A stretch of 64,000 nucleotides of DNA from the NCBI GenBank assembly GCA_964016885.1, contig OZ024742.1, forward strand, positions 344,286,001 through 344,350,000, in the 5' to 3' direction. Source of the DNA: Eledone cirrhosa. Its lineage: Eukaryota. Made by a program: the position numbers and the translations under genes. Under the pieces are notes generated by a model. The model was not told the origin of the DNA. It saw nothing but the letters and a program-made list of their open reading frames with translations, and did no database searches. Below, piece by piece: positions 41,461 to 56,763 of this stretch (position 1 is its first letter; each line of letters begins with the position of its first letter).

Positions 41461-41959
41461 CAGCTGAAGCTTGTTCCTCTTCTAAATGTTGAGGCGATGA
41501 TGTTGGCATTCCTTTGTCCATGTCTGCTACTACCTGCTGGTAAAGTAGGCATGGCTTTCCCTTCCCATCTTCTTGTTTGACAAAGAAGTAGGTGCTTTGC
41601 TTCAGCCATTTAAAAAAAAATGAAGTGTTTTGCAAAAATATTTTCGAAAATATGTTGGATGTTTTTGCCCTGAGGGGCACGATATTTTGTGGGACTGACC
41701 AGATCAAAATTTGACCTGTCAGTCCCTCTACAAATTGGTATAAAAATAAAAGTTCACAATGACAAATTTCTAAAGAAATTTAAACAAAACTTACCGAGCA
41801 AGTTTAACACATGTGTCCAAGTATAGTAGACGTAGTTATTTTAACTGCGCATTTTGTAAAGCTTTTTACAATTTGTTGGACATCAGGTCCGAACACAGAG
41901 GAGCCGAACTCCAACTGTCATCCCCTCCATCTCTCTCGCCCTCCACATCTCTCACTAGT

Positions 41960-42103
41960 ATGAGCAAATGGGGTCCCACGTGCTGGCTGCCCCACGACTC
42001 AGCGGACAGAATGGAGAAGGCATTTCCGCGGAGAATTGTAAGGAAGATGCGCTGGAAGAGCCATTCCATCTCTCGAGGCTCACATCTGCGGTTAGCCAAA
42101 TCA
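41960..42103 (-). mobile_element. Second short CRE-like 3' fragment
   Basis: LANRRCEPREMEWLFQRIFLTILRGNAFSILSA closely matches 40100-40200. Confidence 0.8.
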
Positions 42104-42149
42104 GGGATTACTGATAGTAACCCCCCCCCCAACACACACTATTAAGGGG

Positions 42150-42685
42150 ACCCTCAGCAATCAGTAATCTGGTATCACATGAGAGTTATAAAAAAACGAT
42201 ATACAATGAAGTAACAATATAAAATCTATATACAAATAAGGAGGGAAATGAAATAAAGTAAATTTTTAAAAGGTTAATGCCCTAAAAGGATAAAAATGAA
42301 TTTGAAAAATTTATTTGCAATATTATATTTTCTGTTTAATTTTGGTTAGAGTTCGTTTATGTTTGTCGCCTCTGTAATTTGTCTGAGCATTGCATCTTTT
42401 ATGTGTGGATATAGTTTTTATCTCTATGTTCTCTAATGTGCCCCTATGTTCTATTTTGGCATGTTGGTGGAGTACTGATGAGTTTTTCCCATCCTGGAGT
42501 TCTCGCCAGTGTTCACTTATTCTTTCTTCTATGCTACGGACTGCTTCACCTATGTATGTTGTGTTTTTATTCCTACACTGTCCCTCAGTACATCTTATGC
42601 TACATATTACGTTTCTAGTCTTCAAGTTAGTTTTCGAGCTTAACTTGCAGACTATGTATTTTCTATCAGTGCAGTGCGTTCTTTG
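42150..42685 (-). mobile_element. PLE GIY-YIG endonuclease fragment
   Basis: NVICSIRC...YIGEAVRSIEERISEH...SVLHQH...H. Confidence 0.75.
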
Positions 42686-42996
42686 AAATGGATGTGTGAC
42701 GAAAGAGCTTTGACAATATATAAACAACCATCCGGTTATCGAACCAACCAACCAACCGGAAATTTATAATAAATTGAAGTGAAAACCAACAGGCGTATAT
42801 GTTTTTATTGACAGCATGACCTTGCCAATGTATAACAATATCTGTTTCAACACCCGTTTTCAGATAAGAAATCTTGCAAAACAAATTCAAAAACGAAATA
42901 TATATATATATATGGGATAACAAGTTATCGTTTTAAGTACTCCAGTTAGAGGTTGTGAGTACTCTGTATTATGGATAGTTTTAACGTACGGCGTTT

Positions 42997-43038
<42 letters not shown>

Positions 43039-43281
43039 TAAATGGAAACTATATTTATAAAACCATAATTATTTTATTATATATATTTCAAGGGCAACCA
43101 AGGCAAATTTTGGTGCGCTTTCATCAGATAAAATACAAATTTGTTTTATAAATATTGACAGACCCGCGTAAAGACAACCTGAACGGTTGAGTTTCGCTTA
43201 CGCCACTAAACTGTTGAGTGCTTTATATCAGTTATAAAAATGTTTAAGCTTGTTGAATCCCAACAAATTAAATATAACCTC

Positions 43282-43351
<70 letters not shown>

Positions 43352-43503
43352 GAGGTTATATTTAATTTGTTATATATATGCACATATATATATATGCGCA
43401 CACATACACATATATATATTGTCATAGGATATAATGCAAAAGAAGAAAGTAGCAACATCTACTAATATCTATCTATCTATCTATCGTCAGTTTTGAAAAC
43501 ACG

Positions 43504-45294
43504 ATGTCGGACGTTGATTGTAACATCAACACTAACACAAACACCAATAACATGCAAAATATAAACAACACCAACCAGAACAACAACAAAAACAATAATG
43601 ACAACAAGAACAACAACAGCAACAATGATAACAACAACACCACCAACAACAACAACAATGATAACAACAACACCACCAACAACAACAGCAACACGAACAA
43701 CTCCACGAACAACTCCACGAACAAAGAAAAGATTTCTTTTGCTCAAACCGTCCAAAAGACGGAACTGTTCACATACCTTGACATTTCCAATGGTAGGGAA
43801 ATGTTAAGCGATGCAACACAGTACGTAACTTTTGGTGAGAGTGGTGCTTTCAGCATCACTTCTCCTCAACAGTTATGCAGGGAAACTGCTCTAAAAACAG
43901 TAATTTTTAGGACGGTCTCAAATGTGTCGAAAAAACCAGTTCAGTTATCCCAAAACGATATTGAACTGGTTCTGAAGAATTCCATGAAGGATATTGCCTT
44001 CATACAAAAAGGGAAACTTTTTGGAAGCATTTCGGTGTTGTTGAAAGACCAATTGACAGTACAAAAATATTCTGTATCGCCGATTGTGCCCCCCCCCCCT
44101 TTACACCTTTTTCCCCACATATATGGGAAAAAGAACTAAAACAAAAAAAATGTTGAACATTGCACCAAATGTAAACGTCTGGTGGATTCTAACTGGCTTC
44201 ATCGATTTCGACGAAAACACCATCATTTCGGTGGAAAGTCCTCCAGAGGCACATTCAATGGTACAAGCATGGAAGTTCTGGTCCAAATGAGGCGAGAACG
44301 GATAGCTAAAATACCTCAACGTGTGCCGCTGGATGGAATTTCACACATAAACATTTCTGTTGAGGGTAGGCGGTCTTCATGTTACCACTGTTTAAGCAGT
44401 GGTGCCCTGAAGGCTTACTGTCCTCAGTTAACTAAATAAAAAAAGAGGCACTACTGCCAGCACCCAAAATAACAACACAACCACCACCACCACCACCACC
44501 ACCACCACAACAACAACACGCAAACACAACCAAAACAAGAACAACAAACCAACCTGCAAGCACAGTCCCGCCCAACCCCACTCCACCTAAAACCACTGCA
44601 AAAACACCCACAAACACAACAGCTCCCCAAAACATACCCCTTCCAAATAACACAGAGACCACAACGGCCGAGGCCTCTCCGTTCGAAAAGAAAGAAGAAA
44701 AGACTCCACAAGAACAAAAAAACAACAAACATCACTACAAACATACAACCACCAACACAAACAACACAAACATTACAAACAAAAACCACGCGTCCCGAAA
44801 ACAAAACCACGACATCACTCCAAACACAAACACCTACAACAAAACGAAAGCTCCCACAAGAACAACAGACAAAAACCACCGCAACACAACAAGAACATTA
44901 CACATACATAAACAGTAAAAACAAAACTTTAATGGAGGTCATCTCCAACGACCCTTCGGTTTTCACCGAAGGGAAAACTTTTTCGAACTGTGTAGACAAA
45001 CCTAATTTAAAGATGATTAGGGTCCCTACGGACACCTATAAGTCTTTAAAGGAAAACTTTCCTAAGTACGTGGGTAATCCTTGTGTTATACCCATTAACC
45101 GCGTCCTTTTAAAAAGTTTCCCCACCCTCACCCCACAGACACCCACCCCAGATACCCCACCCCACCAAACATCTCCGTCCCCACCCCGCCGGAAACCACC
45201 ACCCACCCAGACAACTCCTCTAACACCCCCATGGAAATCGTGCGGCCTCATCCCCGGGAGACGAAGAGGTGAGTGTTTTCTTCTCCTCTTTTAA
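43504..45294 (+). pseudogene. Tx1-like ORF1, frameshifted
   Basis: ORF pieces 43504..44139, 44084..44290, 44182..44439 and 44932..45294 lie directly upstream of the endonuclease ORF. Confidence 0.7.
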
Positions 45295-45309
45295 CTTTTC
45301 AGAACCAAC

Positions 45310-48068
45310 ATGGCCAATATAAGAGTTGGGTGTGTGAATGTACGCGGCCTGAGGATGCCCTGGAAACAGGGCAAACTCTTAAACGACCTCAGGTCGCACA
45401 GTATGGATGTAGTAGCCATTTGCGAGTCCCGGATCCACACCGAGCGACAGCTGGCCCCCATCTTCGATGACTTTGCGATCTACGCATCTCTCTGTCAGCC
45501 GGGGGTGGGGACGGGGTTGCCGTTTTGCTGCGGAAACACCTGGGCCTCGTAACACAGACGGTACATCTGGACCCGGAGGGTCGACTGGTGGTCCTAGACG
45601 TTGACGGTAGTGAAGGTGGAGCCTTCAGGCTGGTGGGCGCATATGCCCCATCCGGGAAACCGCGGCCAGACTTCTTCAAACGTCTAGAGACTTTTCTGGG
45701 AACGTCCCGCTCCTTGCATTTAGTGGGGGACTGGAATGGAATCCTAGATGCACGTTGGGATTATGTGGGAGCATGTCCCGATAAAGGGGGTGTAACATCC
45801 TCAAACAGTTAATCGGTCGATTTGACCTGGCCGATAGATATCGACTAGATTTTCGGACTGTGCCACTTTGGACGTGGACTAATCGTAGCGGAACATCTAG
45901 ATCGTATCTAGATAAGGTTCTAGTTAGAAATAAGGATAGGGATGTTAAGCTGTCCACAAATGTTCATGGTTGCCTATTCAGATCACAAACTAGTGACCTG
46001 CATGGTCGACCTTGATAGAACCCATAGACAAGGACCCGGCTACTGGAAACTGAACTTGTCGTTACCGACATGCAAAGCCTACAGTAGACGGATTAGCACT
46101 TTAGTTAAACAGCACTTGACAGGGTCCATTGTCAACAAAAGATGGTGGTACTCTCTCAAGAGGGCAGTTAGATTAGACTCGTTAGTTTTTAGTAAAGAAT
46201 TAGCGTTAGATAGAAATAGAACCGAGAAAGAACTGGTAGATAAAGTAGAAGAGGCAATTAGAAGTGGCAACGGAGCCAGCGTTCTAGCGACGAGAACGGC
46301 CTTGGACCAGTTCTTCGAGGCAAAATATGAGGGCTGCGTTGTCAGAAACAAAATACGTGCTCAGGGAAAGGAGGGAGCCAAAGCTGTTAGCTGGGCCCGA
46401 GTGACGGAGGCTAAAAGTGGCAACAAGTCCGCGATTCGGTCTTTGAAGGACCAAAACGGATGCGTGATACGTGAGCCGAAGCAGATGTGTGCGGCCTTTA
46501 AGCGGCACTTTGCTCAGCTGTTCGGGCAGGGCGGCGCGCCGGGAGGGGCTATGGATCCATTCGACAGGGATGCCCTCTCTCCTCCCTCCTGTACGTACTG
46601 ACTCTCGAGCCACTACTGCGGAAGCTGGAGCTATTGCAGGGCATCCCTCTGGAACCGGGACTGCGGAAAGCGGCGTCGGCCTACGCCGACGACGTGACAG
46701 TAATGGTGTCGAGCGCCTCGCAAATCGAGGAAGTTGGCACCTTACTGAAGGAATACGAAAGTCTCACAGGAGCGAAGCTGAACCGGGACAAGTCCATCGG
46801 TTTGCAACTCGGATCGTGGAGAGGCAGACCGATGCCTTCCGATGGCGTCGTCGGACGCTGGACGGAAGGACCGGTAAAGGTGCTCGGGGTCTGGTTTGGT
46901 CCGGACCTCCAGGTGGAGAAGAACTGGAACGAAGTGACGGCCAAGGTGTTTGCACTCACCCAGAAGTGGGCCGAGTGCAAACTATCCTTGAAAGGTCGAG
47001 CGGAGGTGGCGAACACTTTTATAGCGTCCGCCATCTACTACCGCTTGACCGTCGTGCCTTGTCCAGCCAAAACGCTCGCCAAAATGGAGCGCGCACTCTT
47101 CCGATTCCTTTGGAAGAGGCGGGCTCCTTTGGTGAGAAGATCCATCTGCTGCCAACACCCTTCTAACGGAGGGCTGGGGGTGCCGTGATTGACGATGCGC
47201 AAACACGCGCTCAGGCTGCGGCATCTGAACGTATTCCTCACCGGACAACCGGTGTGGGCCCCGTTCGTGAGGCGAGCCTTCCCACAACTCGTCTCGCTGA
47301 CCGAGCTGCAGTCCTGGGTCAAGGAAAGACCGAGGGAGGAAAATGGGCGACTGGCACATCGAATGTGCTCAGGCGCTCACAGCCCTCTGGCAGGCGGACC
47401 CGGCGATCAGTGGAGACTCCACTTCGTCATTCTATAGAGGGTTAGTCCGCAGCAAGTGCGACGACGCGCTCTGTGAAACTCTAGGCGTAGAGGAAGATGA
47501 ACTGGCCAGTCTGTTCGGTAGGACCTTCCGCCCGGGACCGATGGACAACTTCCAAAAGTCCCTGGACTGGCAGTGCTACCGAGGAGCTCTACGAGTTCGA
47601 GACAAGCTCTACAGACATGGGCGCCCGGGCAGGGACCCTGCAAAAAAGATCTGTCCGAGGTGCGTGCGAGACGAAGAAACCGTCGCGCACGCATTCATAC
47701 ACTGCCCGGGCGTCACTGACCTGTGGGGCTATGTAGAACGACTATTGTTGCGGGTGGGACCAGTCCAGTTGACCACCGAGTCCATTGTCATGATCAAACC
47801 GCCACCCTCCTTCAAAAACGAAGGAGAGGCGGTTTTCCTTTGTGTGATAGCTATGGCGAAAGAGGTTGTATGGTGGATAAGGTTGAAAGGGCTGAGGTCA
47901 GACACCTTTCTCTCCGGCCAACAACTGATTCTTTTTTTCAAATACCACTTTGGAAGAAGAATCAGGATGGAGAGAGAGGTGCCTTACCCCAGCAAGTTTT
48001 ATGAAAGGTGGGTGAAAGTGGCGAGAATGGCCCGAGTGAATGGGCCTTCTCTCTATATCAGCCTGTAG
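45310..48068 (+). pseudogene. Tx1-like ORF2 (APE endonuclease - RT - zinc knuckle), frameshifted and deleted
   Basis: ORF pieces 45310, 45525, 45942, 46634, 47189 and 47343; jump at ~46555 from HFAQLF..AMD to SIRQGCPLS. Confidence 0.9.
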
Positions 48069-48321
48069 GTTGAGGAAAAGGAGGAGGAGAGGAAGGGAGT
48101 ACAAAGTCTTCGTACTCCTGGAGATGAGGGTTGCACATTTTTTTTTCGGGGGTATGTGTTACCCATATAAACTGTCTCCCTCTATTGGGGAAAATCGACT
48201 AACTTTTTAAATTGTATTTGTGATAACATTTTACACGTTTTTATTGTATGTAAACTTCCCCCTTTGTATTTGTCCCCTTCTTTTGTGCCCCTGTGGCTAA
48301 TAAAGAAACATATCTATCTAT

Positions 48322-48743
48322 CTCGTCTTTTCTGAGGACAGATGCCTTTCTCTCCGGACAACAATTGATTCCCTTCTTTAAGTATCACTTTAGAAGGAGA
48401 ATCAGGGTGGAGAGAGAGGCACTGCACCCCAGTAAATTTACTGAAAGGTGGGTGAAAGAAGCGAAAATGGCCCGAGTGATTGGGCCTTCTCTGTTTATAA
48501 GCCTGTAGGTTGAGGAAGAGAGCAAAAGGAAGAAACGAGCACTTGCACAACACGCTCCTCGAGTTGAGGGTTGTTCTATCGACGGGGTATTAAACAACCC
48601 ATTTGTGGCGCCTCCCCCCTATTGGGGATTTCGATTGTTGAAATTGTTTGTTTTTATATTTTTTACACGACTGTATGTAAAATCCCCGGCATGTCTTTGT
48701 ATTGTCCCCTTTCTTGTTGCGCCCTTGTGGCTAATAAAGAAAT
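48322..48743 (+). mobile_element. Tx1-like 3' fragment (copy B)
   Basis: Nearly identical to 50788-51193. Confidence 0.9.
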
Positions 48744-48753
48744 CTATCTATCT

Positions 48754-51193
48754 ATCTCGTCTTTCCTGATCAGCGTTACTACGCCCTTGCCTGCAGAACT
48801 GGGAATTCTCCCGTTCTGCTGCCAATTGCAGTAGACGGCTTCGAGGACGCCAGAGAACAAGTCCGGCATGCCTATGTAAAATTCGTAGGGTAGACCATCT
48901 AGACCGGGTGACTTGCGTTTCCTGCAGCGGCCCAGAGCGTCCCGTATCTCAGTGTCCGTGATCGGCCTTTCGCAGAACTCGGCGTCCGTGTTCGAGAGAC
49001 GCGGCAGGCCGTCGAGGTATGCCTCGTTCTGCTCACCGTCGTTCTGCTCAAACAGTCGCGCAAAGTGCCGCTGAAAGGGGGACGAAATTAATAACTTCAG
49101 GCTCATAACTCTGCTCAACACAGAGTTAAAGATTTTGGCCAAGGTGCTAGCGACGAGGTTGGCGCTTATCGCCGAGAACCTGGTAGGGAAAGCGCAAACG
49201 TGTGCAATCCCGACCAGGTCCATACAAGACAACCTCCACCTCATGCGATACATCATAGAGAGGGTGGGTAGTAAACCCGGCTTCGGTGGGGCTCTGATCA
49301 ACTTGGATCAGTCTAAGGCATTCGATAGGGTCGACCATCGATACTTGGAAGCGGTTCTCAAGGCGGCCGGTTTCGGTCCCGTGTTCAGAGGATGGATCGA
49401 GGCGATGCACACCAGCATCTGCTCGAGGGTCAAGGTGAACGGCTACCTATCGGAGCCGTTCGCAATCACGCGTTCCATTCGACAGGGATGCCCTCTCTCC
49501 TCCATTCTGTATGTATTGACTCTAGAGCCACTACTGCGGAAATTGGAGCTGTTGCAGGGCATCCCCCTAGAACCGGGACTGCGCAAAGCGGCGTCGGCTT
49601 ATGCCGACGGCGTAACGGTAATGGTGTCGAGCACCTCGGAAATCGGGGTGATCGGCAACTTACTGAAAGAATACGAAACGCTGACGGGAGCAAAACTAAA
49701 CCCAGACAAGTCTGTCGGTTTGCAACTCGATACGTGGAGAGGCAAACCGATGACATCCGACAGCGTCGTTGGACGCTGGACGGACGGACCGGTGAAATTG
49801 CTCGGGGTCTGGTTCGGTCCAGACCTCCAGGTGGAGAAAAACTGGAACGAGGTCACGGCCAAGGTGTTTGCACTCACTCAGAAGTGGGCAGAGTGCAAAC
49901 TGTCATTGAAAGGTCTAGCGGAGTTGGCGAACACTTTCATAGCGTCCGTCATCTACCACAGCTTGACTGTCGTGCCTTGTCTCCGTGAACACCTCGCCAA
50001 GATGGAATGCATGCTCTTCCAGTTTCTGTGGAAGAAGCAGGCTCCGCTGATGAGGAGATCCGTCTGCTGTCAGGGAATGCCGTGGCTGTTGATGCGCAAA
50101 CATGCGTTGAGGCTGCGGCATCTCCAGGTATTCCTCACCGACCCCCAACCGGTGTGGGCACCGTTTGTGAGACAGGCTTTCCCACAGCTCGTCTCGCTAA
50201 CGGAGCTGCAGTCCTGGGTGAAAAAAAGACCGAAAACGATGGGCGCCTGGCATATTGAATGCGCTCAGGCGCTCACAGTCCTCTGGCAAGCGGGCGCAGC
50301 AATCAGTGGAGACTCCACTTCGTCATTCTATAGAGGGATTGTACGTTACAAGGGCGACGACGTGTTCGGAGAGACTCTGGGCGTCGAAGACGATGAGCTC
50401 ACCAGTCTGTCTGGTAGGACTTTCTGCCCGGGACCTATGGACAACTTCCAGAGGTCCCTGGCCTGGCAGTGCTACCGAGGAGCTCTACCGGTTCGTGACA
50501 AGATCTACAGGCACGGACGCCCCGGCAGGGATCCTTCCAAGAGGACGTGTCCAAGATGTACGCAGGACATTGAAACAGTTCTGCACGCAATTGTACACTG
50601 CCCGGGCGTAAGCGACCTGTGGAACTATGCAGAACAACTGCTGTCGCGTATGGGAAAAATCCAGTTGACTGCCGAGTCCATAGTAAGGATCAAACCGCCA
50701 GCCTCTTTTAAAAACGAAAGAGAGGCGGTTTTCCTCTGTACGGTGGCTATGGTGAAAGAAGTTATATGGTGGACGAGGTTGAGAGGACTGAGGACAGATG
50801 CCTTTCTCTCCGGACAACAATTGATTCCCTTCTTTAAGTATCACTTTAGAAGGAGAATCAGGGTGGAAAGAGAGGCACTGCACCCCAGTAAATTTACTGA
50901 AAGGTGGGTGAATGAAGCGAAAATGGCCCGAGTGATTGGGCCTTCTCTGTTTATAAGGTTGAGGAAGAGAGCAAAAGGAAGAAAGGAGCACTTGCACAAC
51001 ACGCTCCTCGAGTTGAGGGTTGTTCTATCGACGGGGTATTAAACAACCCATTTGTGGCGCCTCCCCCCTATTGGGGATTTCGATTGTTGTAATTGTTTGT
51101 TTTTATATTTTTTACACGACTGTATGTAAAATCCCCGGCATGTCTTTGTATTGTCCCCTTTTCTTGTTGCGCCCTTGTGGCTAATAAAAAAAT
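48754..51193 (+). mobile_element. Tx1-like LINE (copy C), 5'-truncated with 5' inversion; RT catalytic motif reads YADG
   Basis: 48757-49078 inverted (KSPGLDGLPYEFY..VVTLIRKD on -); 49075-51042 forward (NFR.ITLLN, LDQSKAFDRVDH, RQGCPLS, YADG, CPRC). Confidence 0.93.
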
Positions 51194-51199
51194 CTATCT

Positions 51200-51294
<95 letters not shown>

Positions 51295-52084
51295 ATTGAT
51301 ACAGATTTACACAGGTAAGTTTAGAAATTTCGTATTTCTAAAGAAACATGATATGTTTACAGGAAACATTTAGGAAGCCGTAGCTATGCAAACACCGGGG
51401 GCTAACGCCCTCTGGTGGTGTCCAGTATATATATATATTTGTGTGTGCGTGTGTGTGTGTGTTTACTGGGATCAATATCGATATGATCGACAGAATCATG
51501 ATAGCGCCCTAGGATGGCCACAGTCTACTGACTGAAACAAGTAATAGAATAAAATATAGAATTGTAAGTTTCTCAATACACTAGGTATTTCACAGGACTA
51601 GTAAATATATGTAATTGAGATTATGTTGAATCAATAAAAATCATACACGCTTATCTCCCTTTATTTCTGGTTAAAAGGTACACTCACCGCCCGAAATAAT
51701 TTGGGGAAATTCTTTAACTTTCCATGCTTTGAATGATCCAAGGGAAGTAATTTGAAATAATAAAGAAGGAATTATGCCCCATATAAAGTAATACTTTGTA
51801 AAACACTGGAAGGCACTCACGTTGACATTGTGTATGTTTTGAGAAAAACTTGCTTTTGATGTGGGACGCAATGTTTATCCTGCGGAGGTATTAGAACTAT
51901 GGTGGAGGACGGGGAATGATATAAAGAACGTGGAAGGTGACTAGTTTCTATCGATTATGTATGTATGTAATGAGCCCGGGATAAACTTATATATATATGT
52001 GTGTGGGGGTGTGTGTGTGTAAAAGGTAAACAGAAATAACAACACAGTCGGTATATGTATGTATATTATATATATATATATATA

Positions 52085-52200
52085 GTAAAAAATTGAACCG
52101 GAACAAAACAGAGGGGCAGTACGAACAAAGGTTTATTAGTTTCACGCTCTTGAGAGTGGAGTGGTGGTGGGGAACGACGTTTCGGGTATAAGCCCTTCTT
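52085..52200 (-). mobile_element. Solo pseudo-LTR fragment of the 6498-10011 PLE family
   Basis: Reverse complement of 9897-10010. Confidence 0.8.
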
Positions 52201-52235
52201 ATATACATATATATACCGACTGTGTTGTTATTTCT

Positions 52236-52616
<381 letters not shown>

Positions 52617-52727
52617 CAGAATGGAAGCGGTAACAACCATTTAGACCATTACTCACAAGAGTACTCGATACTTGGAGTAGAAGAGTGGGTAATACATTTT
52701 CATGTTTATATATATATATATATATAT

Positions 52728-54116
<1,389 letters not shown>

Positions 54117-54270
54117 AGATATGTAAGCTATCGCTGTATTTTGACTAAAGAAATTAAAGAAATTATCTAGCCTGATAGTGGGGTTAAGAACCCTCGGAGA
54201 AAAGTCAAAATACGGCGATAGCTTACATTTCTAATAATTTCAAATCAACTCGCTGTTTCCAAAATATTCT

Positions 54271-54314
<44 letters not shown>

Positions 54315-54318
<4 letters not shown>

Positions 54319-54854
54319 GGGGGTGATTCAAAAAGTTCTTTGAAAAAGCACAGTTAGAAAAAGTGGTTTAAGTTATGATGTTTATTCTTCAACATATTCT
54401 CCATCTAGGTCAATACTCTTCTGCAAACGTTGATACCAGGCTTTAAGTCGATATGTGTAATACTGAGGGTCATGCGATTTAAACCATGTCAAAACACTCT
54501 TTTCAGGACTTCAACTGGGGATCATCTTCAACCTCATCTCTTCCACTTGTATCCACTTGTATCCATTTGCAGTTTGTTGATTTCTTTGGGGCATTGTCCC
54601 CATAAACTTGCTCCAGACCATCAATGATTTGGCTGCCTTTTCCCCCTAGCTTCACAATGAATTTCATATTTTGACGGGGGCCATGCTACTCGAGCGGGTG
54701 CTGATTTCAGACTGGCGGTGCCGAATTGCAACATTCATTTAAGGGTTCATGTTAGAACATCTTATGACATGCTAGCACGAGAACATACAAATGCATTGAG
54801 ATCACAGTCCCTGCATATGACTTTTAGCTATGCACTTTTCAAAGCTCCCTCGCA
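54315..54854 (-). mobile_element. Internally deleted mariner element
   Basis: Degenerate inverted ends (cgggggtgattcaaaaag / cttttcaaagctccctcg) in TA context; minus strand gives an N-terminal VYGDNAPK..YKWI-like segment and C-terminal WYQRLQKSIDLDGEYVEE*. Confidence 0.75.
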
Positions 54855-55222
54855 TATATATGTACAGTAAGTCTCCAAGATGCCGTTCGTTAGTTGATTT
54901 GATCATAAGTTGAAAGACACCACGACTACGTACATAGTGGCATATATATAAAGTATTTTTTCTAAAGTGACTTAATCTTCCTCTCAACATGAAATATGAA
55001 CAGACCTTTTTTAACACTTAATTTTTAATTCTTGATTTTTACATTCTAAATGTAATATTTAATATTAGATAAGATGGCTTACATCTAAACCAGTAATATG
55101 TTATATAACTCCTATACTTAAAAAAATCTTTCTCCTGTTTTCAATAATAACAGTATGCCGTATTAAAAATGAAAAATATACTTCCGTATATATGTATACA
55201 CACACACATACACACACACACT

Positions 55223-55326
<104 letters not shown>

Positions 55327-55330
55327 TATA

Positions 55331-55370
<40 letters not shown>

Positions 55371-55440
55371 TAGGTAATTCCGAAGAAAAAGCAAAGGAAA
55401 AAAGAATGGTCTATGTATAGAACAGAGCTATTTATGTTAT

Positions 55441-55508
55441 CTCTGTCTGATGAACGATCTAGACGTATGTTAATATTGTCTAGGATATTGAATCCTTTGG
55501 TAACGGAG
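55441..55508 (+). ncRNA. Type I hammerhead, probably inactivated (GAAT instead of GAAA)
   Basis: CTCTGT-CTGATGA-..CTAGAC..GTCTAG..-GAAT-CC ttt GG-TA-ACGGAG. Confidence 0.6.
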
Positions 55509-55706
55509 TAGTAATATATTGTGTTGCTCACAAAATTAATTAAATATATATATATATATATATATATGAAAAATGGCGTGCTGCGTTGTTGCAAATGGGA
55601 TACATATGAATAAAATTAGAGCAGATATGATCTTTAATGCGAAGAAATACCAACGACGGCTGGAAGATCACTGATGACGGACGCCTTATCTTCTGCTCTA
55701 ATTTTA

Positions 55707-55773
<67 letters not shown>

Positions 55774-56030
55774 TTTTAATAACTATTATACATAATCGAA
55801 AAAGTTGAGTAAATTTCTCTTTGGGACTGAAAAGGGAAGGTATTGCTGTCATAGATGTATTGTTGCGATGTGTGATGCCTGATTCTTCTTCGACCATATG
55901 ATAAATATGATATATGGCTGGAAATATGGAGACAAATGCTAGTTTCAACTGATTATAGTCGTGGTTCGTGTGACTATATACAGGGTCGTATTCACTGGTT
56001 TCGGGGTCCAATTGGATGTTACCTATATAT

Positions 56031-56221
56031 CTATTTTGGGGAAGGTGAAAGTCAATTAAATCGACCAAGTGCATTACTGGTACTTTAATTTATCGACACC
56101 GTAAGGATGAAAGGTAAAGCTAACCTCGGCAGAATTGGAATCCAGACCGTAAAGGGTCGCAACCCAATGCCATAAAGCACATTGTCTGACGCTCTACTGG
56201 TTACTGCTAATCCACCACCCT
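56031..56221 (-). mobile_element. SINE family A with 15-bp target-site duplication
   Basis: atgttacctatatat at 56016-56030 and 56222-56236. Confidence 0.88.
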
Positions 56222-56763
56222 ATGTTACCTATATATTGCTATGTGTTGTGTGTATTTGATATACATATATATATATATATAATATACCCCACACTACAAG
56301 ACAATACACTGCTTATCACTATAAATGGATATTAGTGCAATTTGTAGCCTACAACTATGAACTCAATGTACACCCATCCGATAGCTTTCGTCTGTCCCCT
56401 CTATATCTCTCCCTCTCTCTCCATTCCCCCTTCTCTCTCTCCCTCTCTCTCTCTCGCCCTCGGTCCACCTCCCTCCCTCTCCACATCTATCAACCTGCCC
56501 TCTGTGGAAATAAATAATTCCAACCTTAACTATCAACGCATCGCTTAAGGTTGTCGCTTTAAGAGTAACCAGTATAATAAAACCCCTACCACAACATTTT
56601 GATTAAGATATCTGTATTCTACAAACCACTCTCTCCCATTTCTCCAACCTCTGCATATATCTCTCTCTCTCTCTCTCCCTCTCCCCTTCTTTCTCTCTTC
56701 CTTTTCTACTCTATCTTCCCCAATAACCTCACTTAAGGGTATTTATATTTTACATTTTAACGA

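Larger units (their letters stand above)
43485..48310 (+). mobile_element. Near-full-length Tx1/L1-clade LINE (copy A), degenerate, with internal RT deletion
   Basis: ORF1 from 43504 (Asn-rich N-terminus, CYHC knuckle-like motif); ORF2 from 45310: NVRGL, GDWN, SYLDK, YSDHK, GYWKLN, RQGCPLSP, YADD, GGLG, CPRC..ETVAH..HC; AATAAA then TATC repeats. Confidence 0.92.

Noticed and set aside
41525-41600. hAT/Charlie-like transposase N-terminus (KWLKQSTYFFVKQEDGKGKPCLL, minus strand)
   Set aside because: Too short and too degenerate to support without a search
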